Below, in pieces: positions 9,902 to 19,264 of a DNA stretch of 64,000 nucleotides. Source of the DNA: Elusimicrobiota bacterium (GTDB lineage: Bacteria; CG03; SLGR01; JAFGSA01); contig JAFGSA010000003.1 of NCBI GenBank assembly GCA_016934855.1, positions 1,654 to 65,653 on the forward strand, read 5' to 3'. Each line of letters opens with the position of its first letter. Position 1 is the stretch's first letter. The notes beneath the pieces were generated by a model. That model was not told where the DNA came from. It saw nothing but the letters and a program-made list of their open reading frames with translations, and ran no database searches. Position numbers and translations under genes: made by a program.

Positions 9902-11425
9902 ATGAAAATTTCGCTTGCGGGCATAAATGTCCCCGTCAAAGCGCTTGAAAAACTGCCTGAAGACCAGAAAGGCAAAGCCACGCCGGAGGTCATATCAGCC
10001 GCTTACGCCAGGATAAGCCGGAGCCTCAAGAACGTAGACGAGCTCTTGGAAGAATCCATGGAAGATATTTCCAGGGCAAGAAAATCAAACCAGGCGATAA
10101 TCTACGGAATGGGCCACCATTCAGTGGCTGACCATGTCATATTCAATATCAATATAAGGAACGTTTCCAGGCTCCTTATGGAATCCATACAGAAACGCCG
10201 GCTGGCAGGCTATACGGAAAAATCGCAGAGGTACGTCACCATGGACGGTGATTATGTGAAACCCGCGGAATATTCGGCGGAAGACCTTTCCAGGTTCGAA
10301 GACCTTGTCAGGCTTCAGAATGAGTTTTATTTTAATACCTATTCCCGGCTTATGGAGTTCCTCAAGGACAGGCATTCTTCCGGGCTGAACTCCTCGGAAG
10401 GGAAAGAAAAGACGCGGCTGCTGACCGCCATAGAGGGAAGCGCGAAGGAAGACGCCAGGTACAGCCTGTCTCTGGCAACAGAGACTCAGCTGGGATGCAC
10501 TTATACCGGCGAGACCGCGGAACTCGCCATAAGGGAGCTCCGCAACGGAAGGACACTTGAAGAAAAGGAATTCGCCAGGCTCCTTTACGAAGAGCTGTCA
10601 GTCAGGGCTCCTTCGGTGATACAGCTCACTGACCCGGAACTCTTCAGACAGCATAATCCCGGGCAGGAGCTGGCTGACGATAATTTCAAATACACTGACG
10701 GCTATATAAGGGAACTTGTAGGACGGATCTTTGCCCGGCACGCACCCGCCGAAAGGAGAGAAGGGCCACTGTCCTCAGACGGCATCACGATACTGAGCCA
10801 TAATGACCCGGACAGGCAGATAATAGCGGCCATTCTGCATCATTATTCCCACAGACCCGCCTGTGATTGTTATTCCCTGGCAGACGATATCCTTAAAAAA
10901 GGAGAAGCAGAAAAACTCATAAGAGATTCCCTGAAATATATAAGCAGGTACGATAAACTCCCCAGGGCTTTCGAGCCCGGCTTCGTAGTCTGCGAGATGA
11001 TAGTGAGCGCCGGATGCTACGGACAGCTTAAGAGGCACAGGATGAACACGCTTCTCGCGCAGGATTATGACCCCGCGCTCGGGTACACTATACCGCCCAG
11101 TATAATAGAGATAGGCGCGGGCGATGAGCTCAGCAAGGTCTGCGACACCTCTTCGGTACTATTCAGGGAGTTTTTGCCGAGATACGGCAAGGCGGCAGAG
11201 TACTGTCTTACAAACGCGCATAGGAAAAGAGTCATCCTGGCGGCAAATATAAGGCAGTTTTACCACATATCCCGGACAAGGCAGGACATACACGCCCAGT
11301 GGGAGATAAGGGAAAGAATAGCCGGCGCCGCGAACCTGATAAAGAAAATAGCTCCTGTAACTTCGATGCTCATGGGAGGACAACACGAGTTCGGGAGGAT
11401 CTACGATACGGTAATGGGGAAATAA
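9902..11425 (+). CDS. thyX: FAD-dependent thymidylate synthase, tandem two-domain form
   Basis: GHHSVADH, YTEKSQRYV, AKEDARY in domain 1; QLKRHR and NIRQFYH..HAQWEIR in domain 2; GGAGG RBS at 9886. Confidence 0.9.
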   Translation: MKISLAGINVPVKALEKLPEDQKGKATPEVISAAYARISRSLKNVDELLEESMEDISRARKSNQAIIYGMGHHSVADHVIFNINIRNVSRLLMESIQKRRLAGYTEKSQRYVTMDGDYVKPAEYSAEDLSRFEDLVRLQNEFYFNTYSRLMEFLKDRHSSGLNSSEGKEKTRLLTAIEGSAKEDARYSLSLATETQLGCTYTGETAELAIRELRNGRTLEEKEFARLLYEELSVRAPSVIQLTDPELFRQHNPGQELADDNFKYTDGYIRELVGRIFARHAPAERREGPLSSDGITILSHNDPDRQIIAAILHHYSHRPACDCYSLADDILKKGEAEKLIRDSLKYISRYDKLPRAFEPGFVVCEMIVSAGCYGQLKRHRMNTLLAQDYDPALGYTIPPSIIEIGAGDELSKVCDTSSVLFREFLPRYGKAAEYCLTNAHRKRVILAANIRQFYHISRTRQDIHAQWEIRERIAGAANLIKKIAPVTSMLMGGQHEFGRIYDTVMGK

Positions 11426-11438
11426 GCTGCCGCGGTGA

Positions 11439-13184
11439 CTAGTCTCCAGCCGCCGGCAGCGTAAAACTGAAGACCGAACCTTCTCCCGGAACTGACTGTG
11501 CCCATATCTCTCCCCCGTGGTTCTCGACTATCTTCTTGCAAACGGCCAGACCTATGCCAGTGCCTTCGTATTCCCGCCCGCCATAAATGCGCGTGAATAT
11601 GTCGAATATCCTGTTTAAGTCATTTTTGGCTATTCCTATTCCGTTATCTTTTACTGATATGTTCCAATTGCTGTCTTTTCTGACAGCGGAAATATGAATC
11701 CTGGGTGTCCTTCCGGCAGAGAATTTAACGGCATTGTTCACGAGGTTCTGAAAAAGCTGGATTACCTGTATCTCGTCTGCCCGCAATACGGGAAGACTGT
11801 CATATGTCACTTCTGCTTCTTTTTCTTTAATGAGCACTTTCAGATTCATGAGGGCTTTTTCCAGTGCTTTTCTCAAATCCGTATCTGTAAAAGGCGCCTT
11901 TTTGCTGGTAACGCGCGAATAGGTGAGCAGATCGTTTATCATCCGCTGCATCCTCATGGCCCCGCCCGTGGCAAAATCAATGAATTCCCTGCCGTCTGCA
12001 TCGAGTTTTTCTTTATACCTCCGCTCTACAAGCCCCAGGTAACTGGTTACCATGCGCAAAGGTTCCTGGAGGTCGTGAGACGTGATGTAAGCGAACTGCT
12101 CCAGGTCTTTGTTCGAGCGCTCCAGGTCCTTAAGAAGCCTGCGCTCCTTTTCCCTGGCCTGGTTCAGCTCCGTCGTGTCTTTTCCTAAAACCAGAAACCC
12201 TACGACTTTCTTGCGTTTACCGTATATCGCAGACGCTGTCACATCCAGATTGAGATACCCTCCGAGCTTCGATTTAAATTCGATACTCTTCTTTATGACC
12301 CTGTCCTTGCCCTTTAACCCGGGATACTCGTACATCGGCGTGTGCAGAAAATCGTTGATAGGGCGGCCCAGCATCTCTTCTTCCTTGAACCTGGATATTC
12401 TCAATATGTCGCTGTTGGTCTTGACTATTATCCCTTTCAGGTTGAGTATCATGAATATATCGGGAACATTGTCTATTATATTATCTATAGCCATTTCGGC
12501 CGTTACGGAGAAAAGTTCGTATTTATTTATCGCGTACGCCACGAATATGAGAAGCCAGGCCATCGATATTACAGTCATTTCAGGCATTTTCACGTCGATT
12601 ATCCGAAGGAGTCCTTCGGTTATGACATTTGAGAACGCGGGTATAGCAAACCCTATAGCCATATATTTGGCTTTCATTTTCATACCGCTGTCTTTAACCG
12701 AGAAATAATAGGCAATAAGTAAATAAAGGCTGATTAGAACTGTTATATATGCCCATGAATTCCCGATCCAGAACGGCCATTTATAAACGTAGTCATACGT
12801 ATAACCCCAGTATTCCTTTACGGCTTTGCTGGACACAAGGTTCGTACCGCCGTCCAGCACAGCGAAAAAGGTGGAAATCCCGTATAACGCTATGAATAAT
12901 ACGCGGTTCCTGACCAGCCTGCTTTGCGTAAAAAGAAGGGTGAAATGAAAAAGCAGCGCCGCCGTGTATGGCCACAGGCAGTTCAGCCTGATCCATTGGT
13001 ACGCAATCGATTCGGAATCAGCCCTGCGTATCATGAACTCCGCAAACCCCCAGTACGCGATGCTCAGGCATACAAGAGAGAACAGACGGTTGACTTTATC
13101 CCTGGGATTCTTATAGAAGACATAACAGGCAAGGCATAAAGATATAAGACTGCCTGCAAGAGAGAATAATGCGAATATGGTCAT
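11439..13184 (-). CDS. Sensor histidine kinase (7TM input domain, PAS, HisKA, HATPase)
   Basis: N-terminal 7TM region; H-box FAYITSHDLQEPLR; NLVNNAVKF; DNGIGI; GTGIGLAVCK. Confidence 0.93.
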   Translation of the reverse strand: MTIFALFSLAGSLISLCLACYVFYKNPRDKVNRLFSLVCLSIAYWGFAEFMIRRADSESIAYQWIRLNCLWPYTAALLFHFTLLFTQSRLVRNRVLFIALYGISTFFAVLDGGTNLVSSKAVKEYWGYTYDYVYKWPFWIGNSWAYITVLISLYLLIAYYFSVKDSGMKMKAKYMAIGFAIPAFSNVITEGLLRIIDVKMPEMTVISMAWLLIFVAYAINKYELFSVTAEMAIDNIIDNVPDIFMILNLKGIIVKTNSDILRISRFKEEEMLGRPINDFLHTPMYEYPGLKGKDRVIKKSIEFKSKLGGYLNLDVTASAIYGKRKKVVGFLVLGKDTTELNQAREKERRLLKDLERSNKDLEQFAYITSHDLQEPLRMVTSYLGLVERRYKEKLDADGREFIDFATGGAMRMQRMINDLLTYSRVTSKKAPFTDTDLRKALEKALMNLKVLIKEKEAEVTYDSLPVLRADEIQVIQLFQNLVNNAVKFSAGRTPRIHISAVRKDSNWNISVKDNGIGIAKNDLNRIFDIFTRIYGGREYEGTGIGLAVCKKIVENHGGEIWAQSVPGEGSVFSFTLPAAGD

Positions 13185-13489
13185 GGTGTTCCCTCCAGGA
13201 ACCGTCGATCGCGGCGCCGCAAACCAGTGCTATCTCCCGGCAGAACATCAGGCGCATTTTGAAAGAAGGATTTTATCAGCATTAGGTTTATTCCATTAAC
13301 CCTTGTTTATAATTCTATTATTTTTCATTATTCAAAACAAGCTCGCGGGGCGTCATGATCTACGGTTATAATTCTTTCCCGCAGATCAATTCATTATATG
13401 CAATTATGTAACGGATATAGACAAAATCCCGATAAGATATTATCATTTATATGGGTTTTGCTGCATTATCGGAAACGTAAGGAGGCACG

Positions 13490-13882
13490 ATGCCCAGAAA
13501 GATACTAGTTGTCGATGACGAAGAAGGAGTGGTAAAACTCGTAGAAGAGATGCTCAAAAGGGCCAATATGGAGGTTTTTACCGCTACGCAGGGAAAGAAA
13601 GCATTATCCATATTGAAAAGCAGGCTCAAGGAAATAGATGTCCTCATCACCGATATCCTGATGCCCGATATCGACGGTATAGAACTTGCGGAGACAGCGA
13701 AAAAACTCAAACCTTCCGTAAAAATCATCGCTTTGACCGGCAGTATAACTTTCAACAACCTCAACGAGAAAGGGAAATCCCTGTTTGACGCATTCCTGTG
13801 CAAACCTTTCACGCAGGAAGACATCATCAACGCCATAGAAGGCCCCAAGAGCATGGATAACCTCATACAGAGAGGCTTCTAG
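13490..13882 (+). CDS. Single-domain response regulator
   Basis: ILVVDD, ITDILMPDIDGIE, IALTG, KPF; AAGGAGG RBS; divergent from the kinase. Confidence 0.92.
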   Translation: MPRKILVVDDEEGVVKLVEEMLKRANMEVFTATQGKKALSILKSRLKEIDVLITDILMPDIDGIELAETAKKLKPSVKIIALTGSITFNNLNEKGKSLFDAFLCKPFTQEDIINAIEGPKSMDNLIQRGF

Positions 13883-13960
13883 GGAATCGCCTTACCGGGT
13901 TACGAACCGTACCTCCGCGTATCGCTGAAAACAGCATATTAACAGGAAAGGTTACGAGTC

Positions 13961-14722
13961 CTATCTGCTGCTTTCCCTGAAAATATAGGTAAATACTGAC
14001 CTGGTGGACATGTAAACGTGTATAGCAGTGGGGATAAGGGTGGAAAAGCCCATGACTATGCCGAAATAGATGTTCCTCAGTCCGGCCGCGGGGTTCTTCG
14101 CTACTTCGACAATAAGGTGCTCGTAAGTTTCTGTCCTCTGCGTCAGAGTCTGCGGCTCTGTCTCCGTCAGCCCTATTATCCATCCGGATATCCAGAAGAC
14201 AAACAGAACCCAGGCCGTGGCGACCACGGCTATGAGAAGATCTATGGACAGGTGGCCTATATAACTCAGGGCAGTCTTCGTCTTCAGCGCCCTTCTTATT
14301 ATATACACGGTAACAAAGAAAGAGAGGGTATCGAAGAGGGCGCCCAGGAATCCTACGGGCAACTGTACCTTGAAATAATAAAACCTGTCGTCGCCTCTTA
14401 AGAGTTCGGAGAATGCCGTCGTGACTCCCAGCCAGTAACAGGCAATATTGAGAAGCAGAAAAAATATAAAAAGCATGATGAGGAAATTGCCGTGCGAAGC
14501 CCTGAAGCCCTCATATTTCAGCAAAAGGCTCCTCAGAGATTTTTTCCATACGGCTATTACCGGGTGATCATCTCCCATGGCAGTCCTTCCCCCCTCGAGG
14601 AAACGGTCCTTCCAGTTGAGCAGCTCTTCCCTGGCCATGCCGTATTTTTCCGATATTTTCTCCGCGTCACCGCCCTGCAGCAGCTCCATGACGGCGGGCA
14701 GTCTTTCTTTATCAGTGTTCAT
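13961..14722 (-). CDS. HTH domain fused to a polytopic membrane domain (hypothetical)
   Basis: GGAGGT RBS before ATG 14722; AVMELLQGGDAEKISEKYGMAREELLNWKDRFLEGG is HTH-like; about 4 TM segments follow. Confidence 0.7.
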   Translation of the reverse strand: MNTDKERLPAVMELLQGGDAEKISEKYGMAREELLNWKDRFLEGGRTAMGDDHPVIAVWKKSLRSLLLKYEGFRASHGNFLIMLFIFFLLLNIACYWLGVTTAFSELLRGDDRFYYFKVQLPVGFLGALFDTLSFFVTVYIIRRALKTKTALSYIGHLSIDLLIAVVATAWVLFVFWISGWIIGLTETEPQTLTQRTETYEHLIVEVAKNPAAGLRNIYFGIVMGFSTLIPTAIHVYMSTRSVFTYIFRESSR

Positions 14723-14801
14723 TCTACCTCCTGCATCCTTATATTCTAGCTTTTTGGATCGCAATAATGCAATTCAATCATTACTCAAATTATGTTATAA
14801 T

Positions 14802-15386
14802 ATGGCCATGCTGAATATACCGAAGAAAGACGATTTCAAGAGCATCTACACCCTCGACGAAGAGACGGGAGCCTATATAATCGAGATAGCCCTCGATAAA
14901 TACTCGGATATCTTCAACGAGTGGGACCCGGCCCCGTTCAAGAAAAGGCTGCTCGACCCGGATCTTTTCGATTTCATCGATGAGAAAGCGGAAGAGATCC
15001 CTCTTAAATACAAAGTACTCTTTTATTTCCATATACCGAAGGAAGTCCAGAGCCAGGACAGCGAGAACACAATTATCGAAGGCATCAGCACCTATTATAA
15101 TACCCTTCACGACGCGGAGCAGAAAGAGATCATGAGGACGAACAAACGCATTATACGTTACATAATTACGGCTTTTTCCCTTCTCTTTCTAGCCATCGGC
15201 ACGCAGACCGTAGCTCCTCTGAACATCTTCCTTAACGTGCTCCAGGAAGGGCTGTTCATAGGGGGATGGGTATTCCTGTGGGAGGCCTTCAACGTCTTCT
15301 TTTTCGCCGGCAAGCACAGGATGAGAAGGGCCAGGGAATACACCCGCTATGCCCAGGCCCCGATCTGGTTCAAATACGACGGATAA
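14802..15386 (+). CDS. Hypothetical membrane protein (2 TM)
   Basis: DIFNEWDPAPFKKRLLDPDL and EGLFIGGWVFLWEA look like conserved family motifs. Confidence 0.7.
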   Translation: MAMLNIPKKDDFKSIYTLDEETGAYIIEIALDKYSDIFNEWDPAPFKKRLLDPDLFDFIDEKAEEIPLKYKVLFYFHIPKEVQSQDSENTIIEGISTYYNTLHDAEQKEIMRTNKRIIRYIITAFSLLFLAIGTQTVAPLNIFLNVLQEGLFIGGWVFLWEAFNVFFFAGKHRMRRAREYTRYAQAPIWFKYDG

Positions 15387-15462
15387 GTTATCAGCGCAAC
15401 GCCAAGGGGCCCGTCTTCCCGGTCTTTACACTTTGTTCCATATTAGCTATATTAATATCAGA

Positions 15463-16551
15463 ATGTTCCGCAAGACAGCATATATATTTATCCTGATCCT
15501 GTGCTCCTATGCCGCGGGTACGGTCATGCCGGCAGAACCGGACCCCGGGCACAACTTTCTCTACATATTCGACGCTTCCGGAAGCATGGCTAAAAAAATA
15601 GGAGACAGGACGAAATTCAACATAGCCAAGCAGGTTATAATCGACCACATAAACGAGCTCCCTGCCGACGTAGGCGTAGGGCTTCTTTATTTCGGCAGCC
15701 AGAGCAAAGGCAAAAAAGAGATAAATTATGCCGTGCCCATAGACATAAATAACAGGGAAGAGATAGCGGAGATCATAACCGGGTTGAGTTCGGGCGGGCT
15801 GACTCCGCTTGCGGAATCACTACAGATATCGGTAGAAGAAATGGATAAGTCGAAGAAGGACGCCACCATTGTGCTTATAACCGATGGCAAGGAAGAATGC
15901 GGGGGCGACCCCATAAAGGTCATAAACGATTTTGCGGAAAAGGGCAGGATCATCGAGCTCCACATAATCGGCCTCGGAGTCGACAAGAAGACCAAGCTGG
16001 AACTGGAGAAGATTGCCAGCATCGGGGGAGGTTATTTTTACGATGCCAACGACGCGTTCCAGCTTAAGGACTCACTGTCTGCCATAACGGTCACAAAGAT
16101 GAACGAACAGATACTCAAGCTTAAATCCTCGCAGAGTTCTGCCAAGACCTCTAAAAGGCTGTATACCCTGAAAAAGGGCGAGAAGATCAAGGTCAGGATA
16201 AAATTCAAGCCGGAAGACCCGCTGGACGCTGAACCGGATAAGGAACCTGCCATATATTTTATACTGGGAGATACGCAGGTAGTCCTGAAGAACGTCTCCG
16301 GAAGCTGGACGCTCTATCTGGACGAGAACGGCCCGCTTTCCCCGCTCATATGGCCCACAGGCCTGAATATCAACTATGACTCATGGAACTATATGTCATT
16401 CGTATGCATGGACGGATTGATCGAGCTGGAAATAAACATGAAAAAGATATTCAGCATGGAGCAGCCTCCCGCCGACATACCCTTCAAGGTCGGGGTAGAA
16501 GGGGGAAAGACAAGTTTCAAGGACCTTACTACTGAAATACCGTTGTACTGA
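15463..16551 (+). CDS. Secreted von Willebrand factor A domain protein
   Basis: Signal peptide; MIDAS motif IFDASGSM, GLTPLA, LITDGKEECGGDP; beta-rich C-terminal domain. Confidence 0.88.
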   Translation: MFRKTAYIFILILCSYAAGTVMPAEPDPGHNFLYIFDASGSMAKKIGDRTKFNIAKQVIIDHINELPADVGVGLLYFGSQSKGKKEINYAVPIDINNREEIAEIITGLSSGGLTPLAESLQISVEEMDKSKKDATIVLITDGKEECGGDPIKVINDFAEKGRIIELHIIGLGVDKKTKLELEKIASIGGGYFYDANDAFQLKDSLSAITVTKMNEQILKLKSSQSSAKTSKRLYTLKKGEKIKVRIKFKPEDPLDAEPDKEPAIYFILGDTQVVLKNVSGSWTLYLDENGPLSPLIWPTGLNINYDSWNYMSFVCMDGLIELEINMKKIFSMEQPPADIPFKVGVEGGKTSFKDLTTEIPLY

Positions 16552-16564
16552 AGGAGGAATTATT

Positions 16565-16738
16565 ATGTTCAAGAAAATTCTCAGTTTTTTTAAACCGTCA
16601 TGCTGCTGCGGAAACGGCATGCCGGCAAATACCGCCGGCGGGAAAGATAAAAAGCAGGCTTCTTCCTGCTGTCATCAGGCCGAAGAGGCACCGGGGGAAA
16701 AGAAAGCTCCCGAAGGCGACAGCAAGGACGAGGGCTAG
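16565..16738 (+). CDS. Small Cys-rich protein (57 aa), absent from the ORF track
   Basis: AAGGAGGA RBS at 16551-16558; MFKKILSFFKPSCCCGNGMPANTAGGKDKKQASSCCHQAEEAPGEKKAPEGDSKDEG. Confidence 0.7.
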   Translation: MFKKILSFFKPSCCCGNGMPANTAGGKDKKQASSCCHQAEEAPGEKKAPEGDSKDEG

Positions 16739-16841
16739 CCGCTGCTTCCCGCCGCGTACTGCATGGGCTGAATCGCTGTGACATTTTCTGCATCTAAACT
16801 GTCAGATAATATATAGTCAATATTGTTATTCCGGAGGTAAA

Positions 16842-17294
16842 GTGAGAATAAGTAGATATGTTTTGTTTTCGTCTTTTCTGCTGATAACATCTTCCGCGCT
16901 TTATGTCTTAGCAGGCGCCGATAAAAACAGGGATGACTTCTGCAAGGGTATAGATTATACGAACCAGGGCAAGTATGATCTCGCGATTCAGAAATTCACC
17001 GAGATCATCACGGAAAACAAGGATTACGCCAACGCCTATATGGCCCTGGGGATAGTATACATAAACAAGAAGATGCCTGAAGAAGCGGTTCAGCTCCTGG
17101 AAAAAGCGGCGGAACTCGACCCCTCCAACAAGAGAGTATTCTTCATGCTCGCCCGTCTGTACGAAAAAACAGACGAGACCAAAGCGCTCGCGACCTGGGA
17201 AAAATATATCTCTCTGGATCCGGAGCCTAAATTCAAGAAAATAGCCCGCAAACACATAGACCGGCTGACCGGGAAGGTTGATAACGATGAATAA
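16842..17294 (+). CDS. Secreted TPR protein
   Basis: GGAGG RBS, GTG start, signal peptide, TPR repeats (AYMALGIVY..EAVQLLEKAAELDP). Confidence 0.88.
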   Translation: MRISRYVLFSSFLLITSSALYVLAGADKNRDDFCKGIDYTNQGKYDLAIQKFTEIITENKDYANAYMALGIVYINKKMPEEAVQLLEKAAELDPSNKRVFFMLARLYEKTDETKALATWEKYISLDPEPKFKKIARKHIDRLTGKVDNDE

Positions 17295-17895
17295 ACCCGG
17301 CAGTCTCCATACGGCGCTTTTTATCCCGTTCCTGGTTCTTATACTATACGGATGCGGCCCCAAAGTCGCTGTCAGGCCCGGCTATGATTTCAAGAGCATC
17401 AACCGCATAGGAGTAATGAAGTTCGACAGTTCACAAGTGGACCTTTTTACGTCTTTTGACCCCGGTACCGCGGTGGCCGACGAATTCGTCTTCCAGTTCC
17501 TGTCCAGGGGAGTAAGGGTAGTAGAGCGTTCGAGGCTCGAAGATATACTGAGAGAGCAGAAACTCTGGAAAAGCGGATACATAGATCCGGAGACGATAAA
17601 ACAGGCGGGCAAGATCCTCGGCGTCGACGCCATTATACTGGGTACCGTGCTCAAATACGTACCGGACTCGAAAAAAAGGATATATATTAAAGACGATAAC
17701 GGTAAACTGCAGGAAGAGATCTTCCTGGTCGAGGCCGAAGTCGGCATAAGCGCCCGCATGGTAGACGTAGTCACCGGCGAGATAATCTGGGCCGGTTCTT
17801 ACTCGTACGATTCTTTCTACATTGACACGGCGATCAGGCAGGCCGTAGACGCAATAATCAAATCCCTGGGAAAAGTCTGGATATTCACCAGCTGA
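17287..17895 (+). CDS. CsgG/HfaB-like lipoprotein
   Basis: Lipobox LYGC; RVVERSRLEDILREQ, GKILGVDAIILG, ARMVDVVTGEIIW. Confidence 0.85.
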   Translation: MNKPGSLHTALFIPFLVLILYGCGPKVAVRPGYDFKSINRIGVMKFDSSQVDLFTSFDPGTAVADEFVFQFLSRGVRVVERSRLEDILREQKLWKSGYIDPETIKQAGKILGVDAIILGTVLKYVPDSKKRIYIKDDNGKLQEEIFLVEAEVGISARMVDVVTGEIIWAGSYSYDSFYIDTAIRQAVDAIIKSLGKVWIFTS

Positions 17896-17966
17896 CATAA
17901 ATCCCGTCCTTGGAATAAATCCTTTTTTTCAGTTAGTATTGATAATAACGCCCGCTGGATGTATCC

Positions 17967-19208
17967 ATGAAAAAAGCGAAGATACTCATAGTCGATGACG
18001 AGCCCGATATACTGAAGGGACTTAAAGAGCTTTTATGTTCCGAAGGCTTCGCAGTCAGAACGACAGACTGCGGCGGCAGGGTAATAAAAGAGACCCGGGA
18101 CTTCTCCCCGGACCTCATCCTCATGGATGTCATGCTGGGCGACACGGACGGGTACCAGGTCAAGGAACAGCTCATGAAAAATATCGACACGGCGTCCATA
18201 CCCGTCATATTCATCAGCGTCAACAAATCACTCGATTTTAAGAGGCACAGCTTCGCGAGCGGCGGTTCCGATTATATAGTAAAACCGTTCGATGCGGATG
18301 ACCTCATAATCAGGATAGAATCTATACTGACGCGCAGAAAGTTCTATGAGAACATGTACACGAGGGACTCCCTTACGGGGCTGCACAATAAATCAATATT
18401 CGAGAAACAGGCGAAGATACAGTACAGCCTGTCAAGGCAATACGGAAGGCCTTTCTCCATAGCCGTCATCGATATAAACGGCCTTAAAGACATAAACAGA
18501 AAATACGGCCATGAAGCGGGGGACAATATACTCAGGGACACGGCGAAAGTCATCAAGGATATGACCAGGAGCATGGACTCTGCGACCAGGTACTCGAGTG
18601 ACGAGTTCGTAATCCTTCTCCCGGAGACCGACTCCACTCAGGCGCATGCCTTCCTGGACAGGATAAAGAAACGGATGAAAAAAGCCGGTAGCAGGCACAA
18701 GGGGGAAATACCTTTTACAATAAGCACGGGATGTTCCTCGTGTATTTCGGGCGAGATAAACATAGAAAGGATGTTCATCTGCGCCGACCTCAGCATGCAT
18801 AAGGAGAAGACATCTGGAATATCCGCAAAAAACAGCGTCATGATAATAGGAAATACCGCTTCCGCGCAGCGGAAGTTCAAAACACAGATCGAAGCAGCCG
18901 GTTTCTCGGTAAAAAAAACCTTCAGGGATACCGAAGAAGCCATCGCCCATGCGGTTTCTGCAGACCCCGAAGACGCCCCCGGGATAATAATAAGTGCCCT
19001 GGAAGCGGACGGCTTTATGTTCATGGATTACGTAAAAACCGCATATTCTAAATGGCCTCATACCAGAGTGTACCTGTATACGGACAGGGCAGAATACCTG
19101 GAACATTTTCCCTACATTAAAGACATAGTCTGCGGCGTGATCGAAGACTCTCAACTGGCTTCTCTGGCAGAATTCCTAGAGAAGCTCCGCTGTAGACCGC
19201 GGCTGTAA
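17967..19208 (+). CDS. REC-GGDEF(degenerate)-REC-like protein
   Basis: Intact N-terminal receiver; DSLTGLHN, DINGLKDIN..YGHEAGD, RSMD I-site; active-site motif reads SSDEF. Confidence 0.88.
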   Translation: MKKAKILIVDDEPDILKGLKELLCSEGFAVRTTDCGGRVIKETRDFSPDLILMDVMLGDTDGYQVKEQLMKNIDTASIPVIFISVNKSLDFKRHSFASGGSDYIVKPFDADDLIIRIESILTRRKFYENMYTRDSLTGLHNKSIFEKQAKIQYSLSRQYGRPFSIAVIDINGLKDINRKYGHEAGDNILRDTAKVIKDMTRSMDSATRYSSDEFVILLPETDSTQAHAFLDRIKKRMKKAGSRHKGEIPFTISTGCSSCISGEINIERMFICADLSMHKEKTSGISAKNSVMIIGNTASAQRKFKTQIEAAGFSVKKTFRDTEEAIAHAVSADPEDAPGIIISALEADGFMFMDYVKTAYSKWPHTRVYLYTDRAEYLEHFPYIKDIVCGVIEDSQLASLAEFLEKLRCRPRL

Positions 19209-19264
19209 ACGCGGGTATTGAAACATACGTCCTATCTGGTATAATATAATACCGGGTAAAAGGT

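Noticed and set aside
14570..14722. IS element suggested by the transposase-like HTH
   Set aside because: No DDE domain, terminal inverted repeats or target duplication; the HTH is in frame with a membrane domain.
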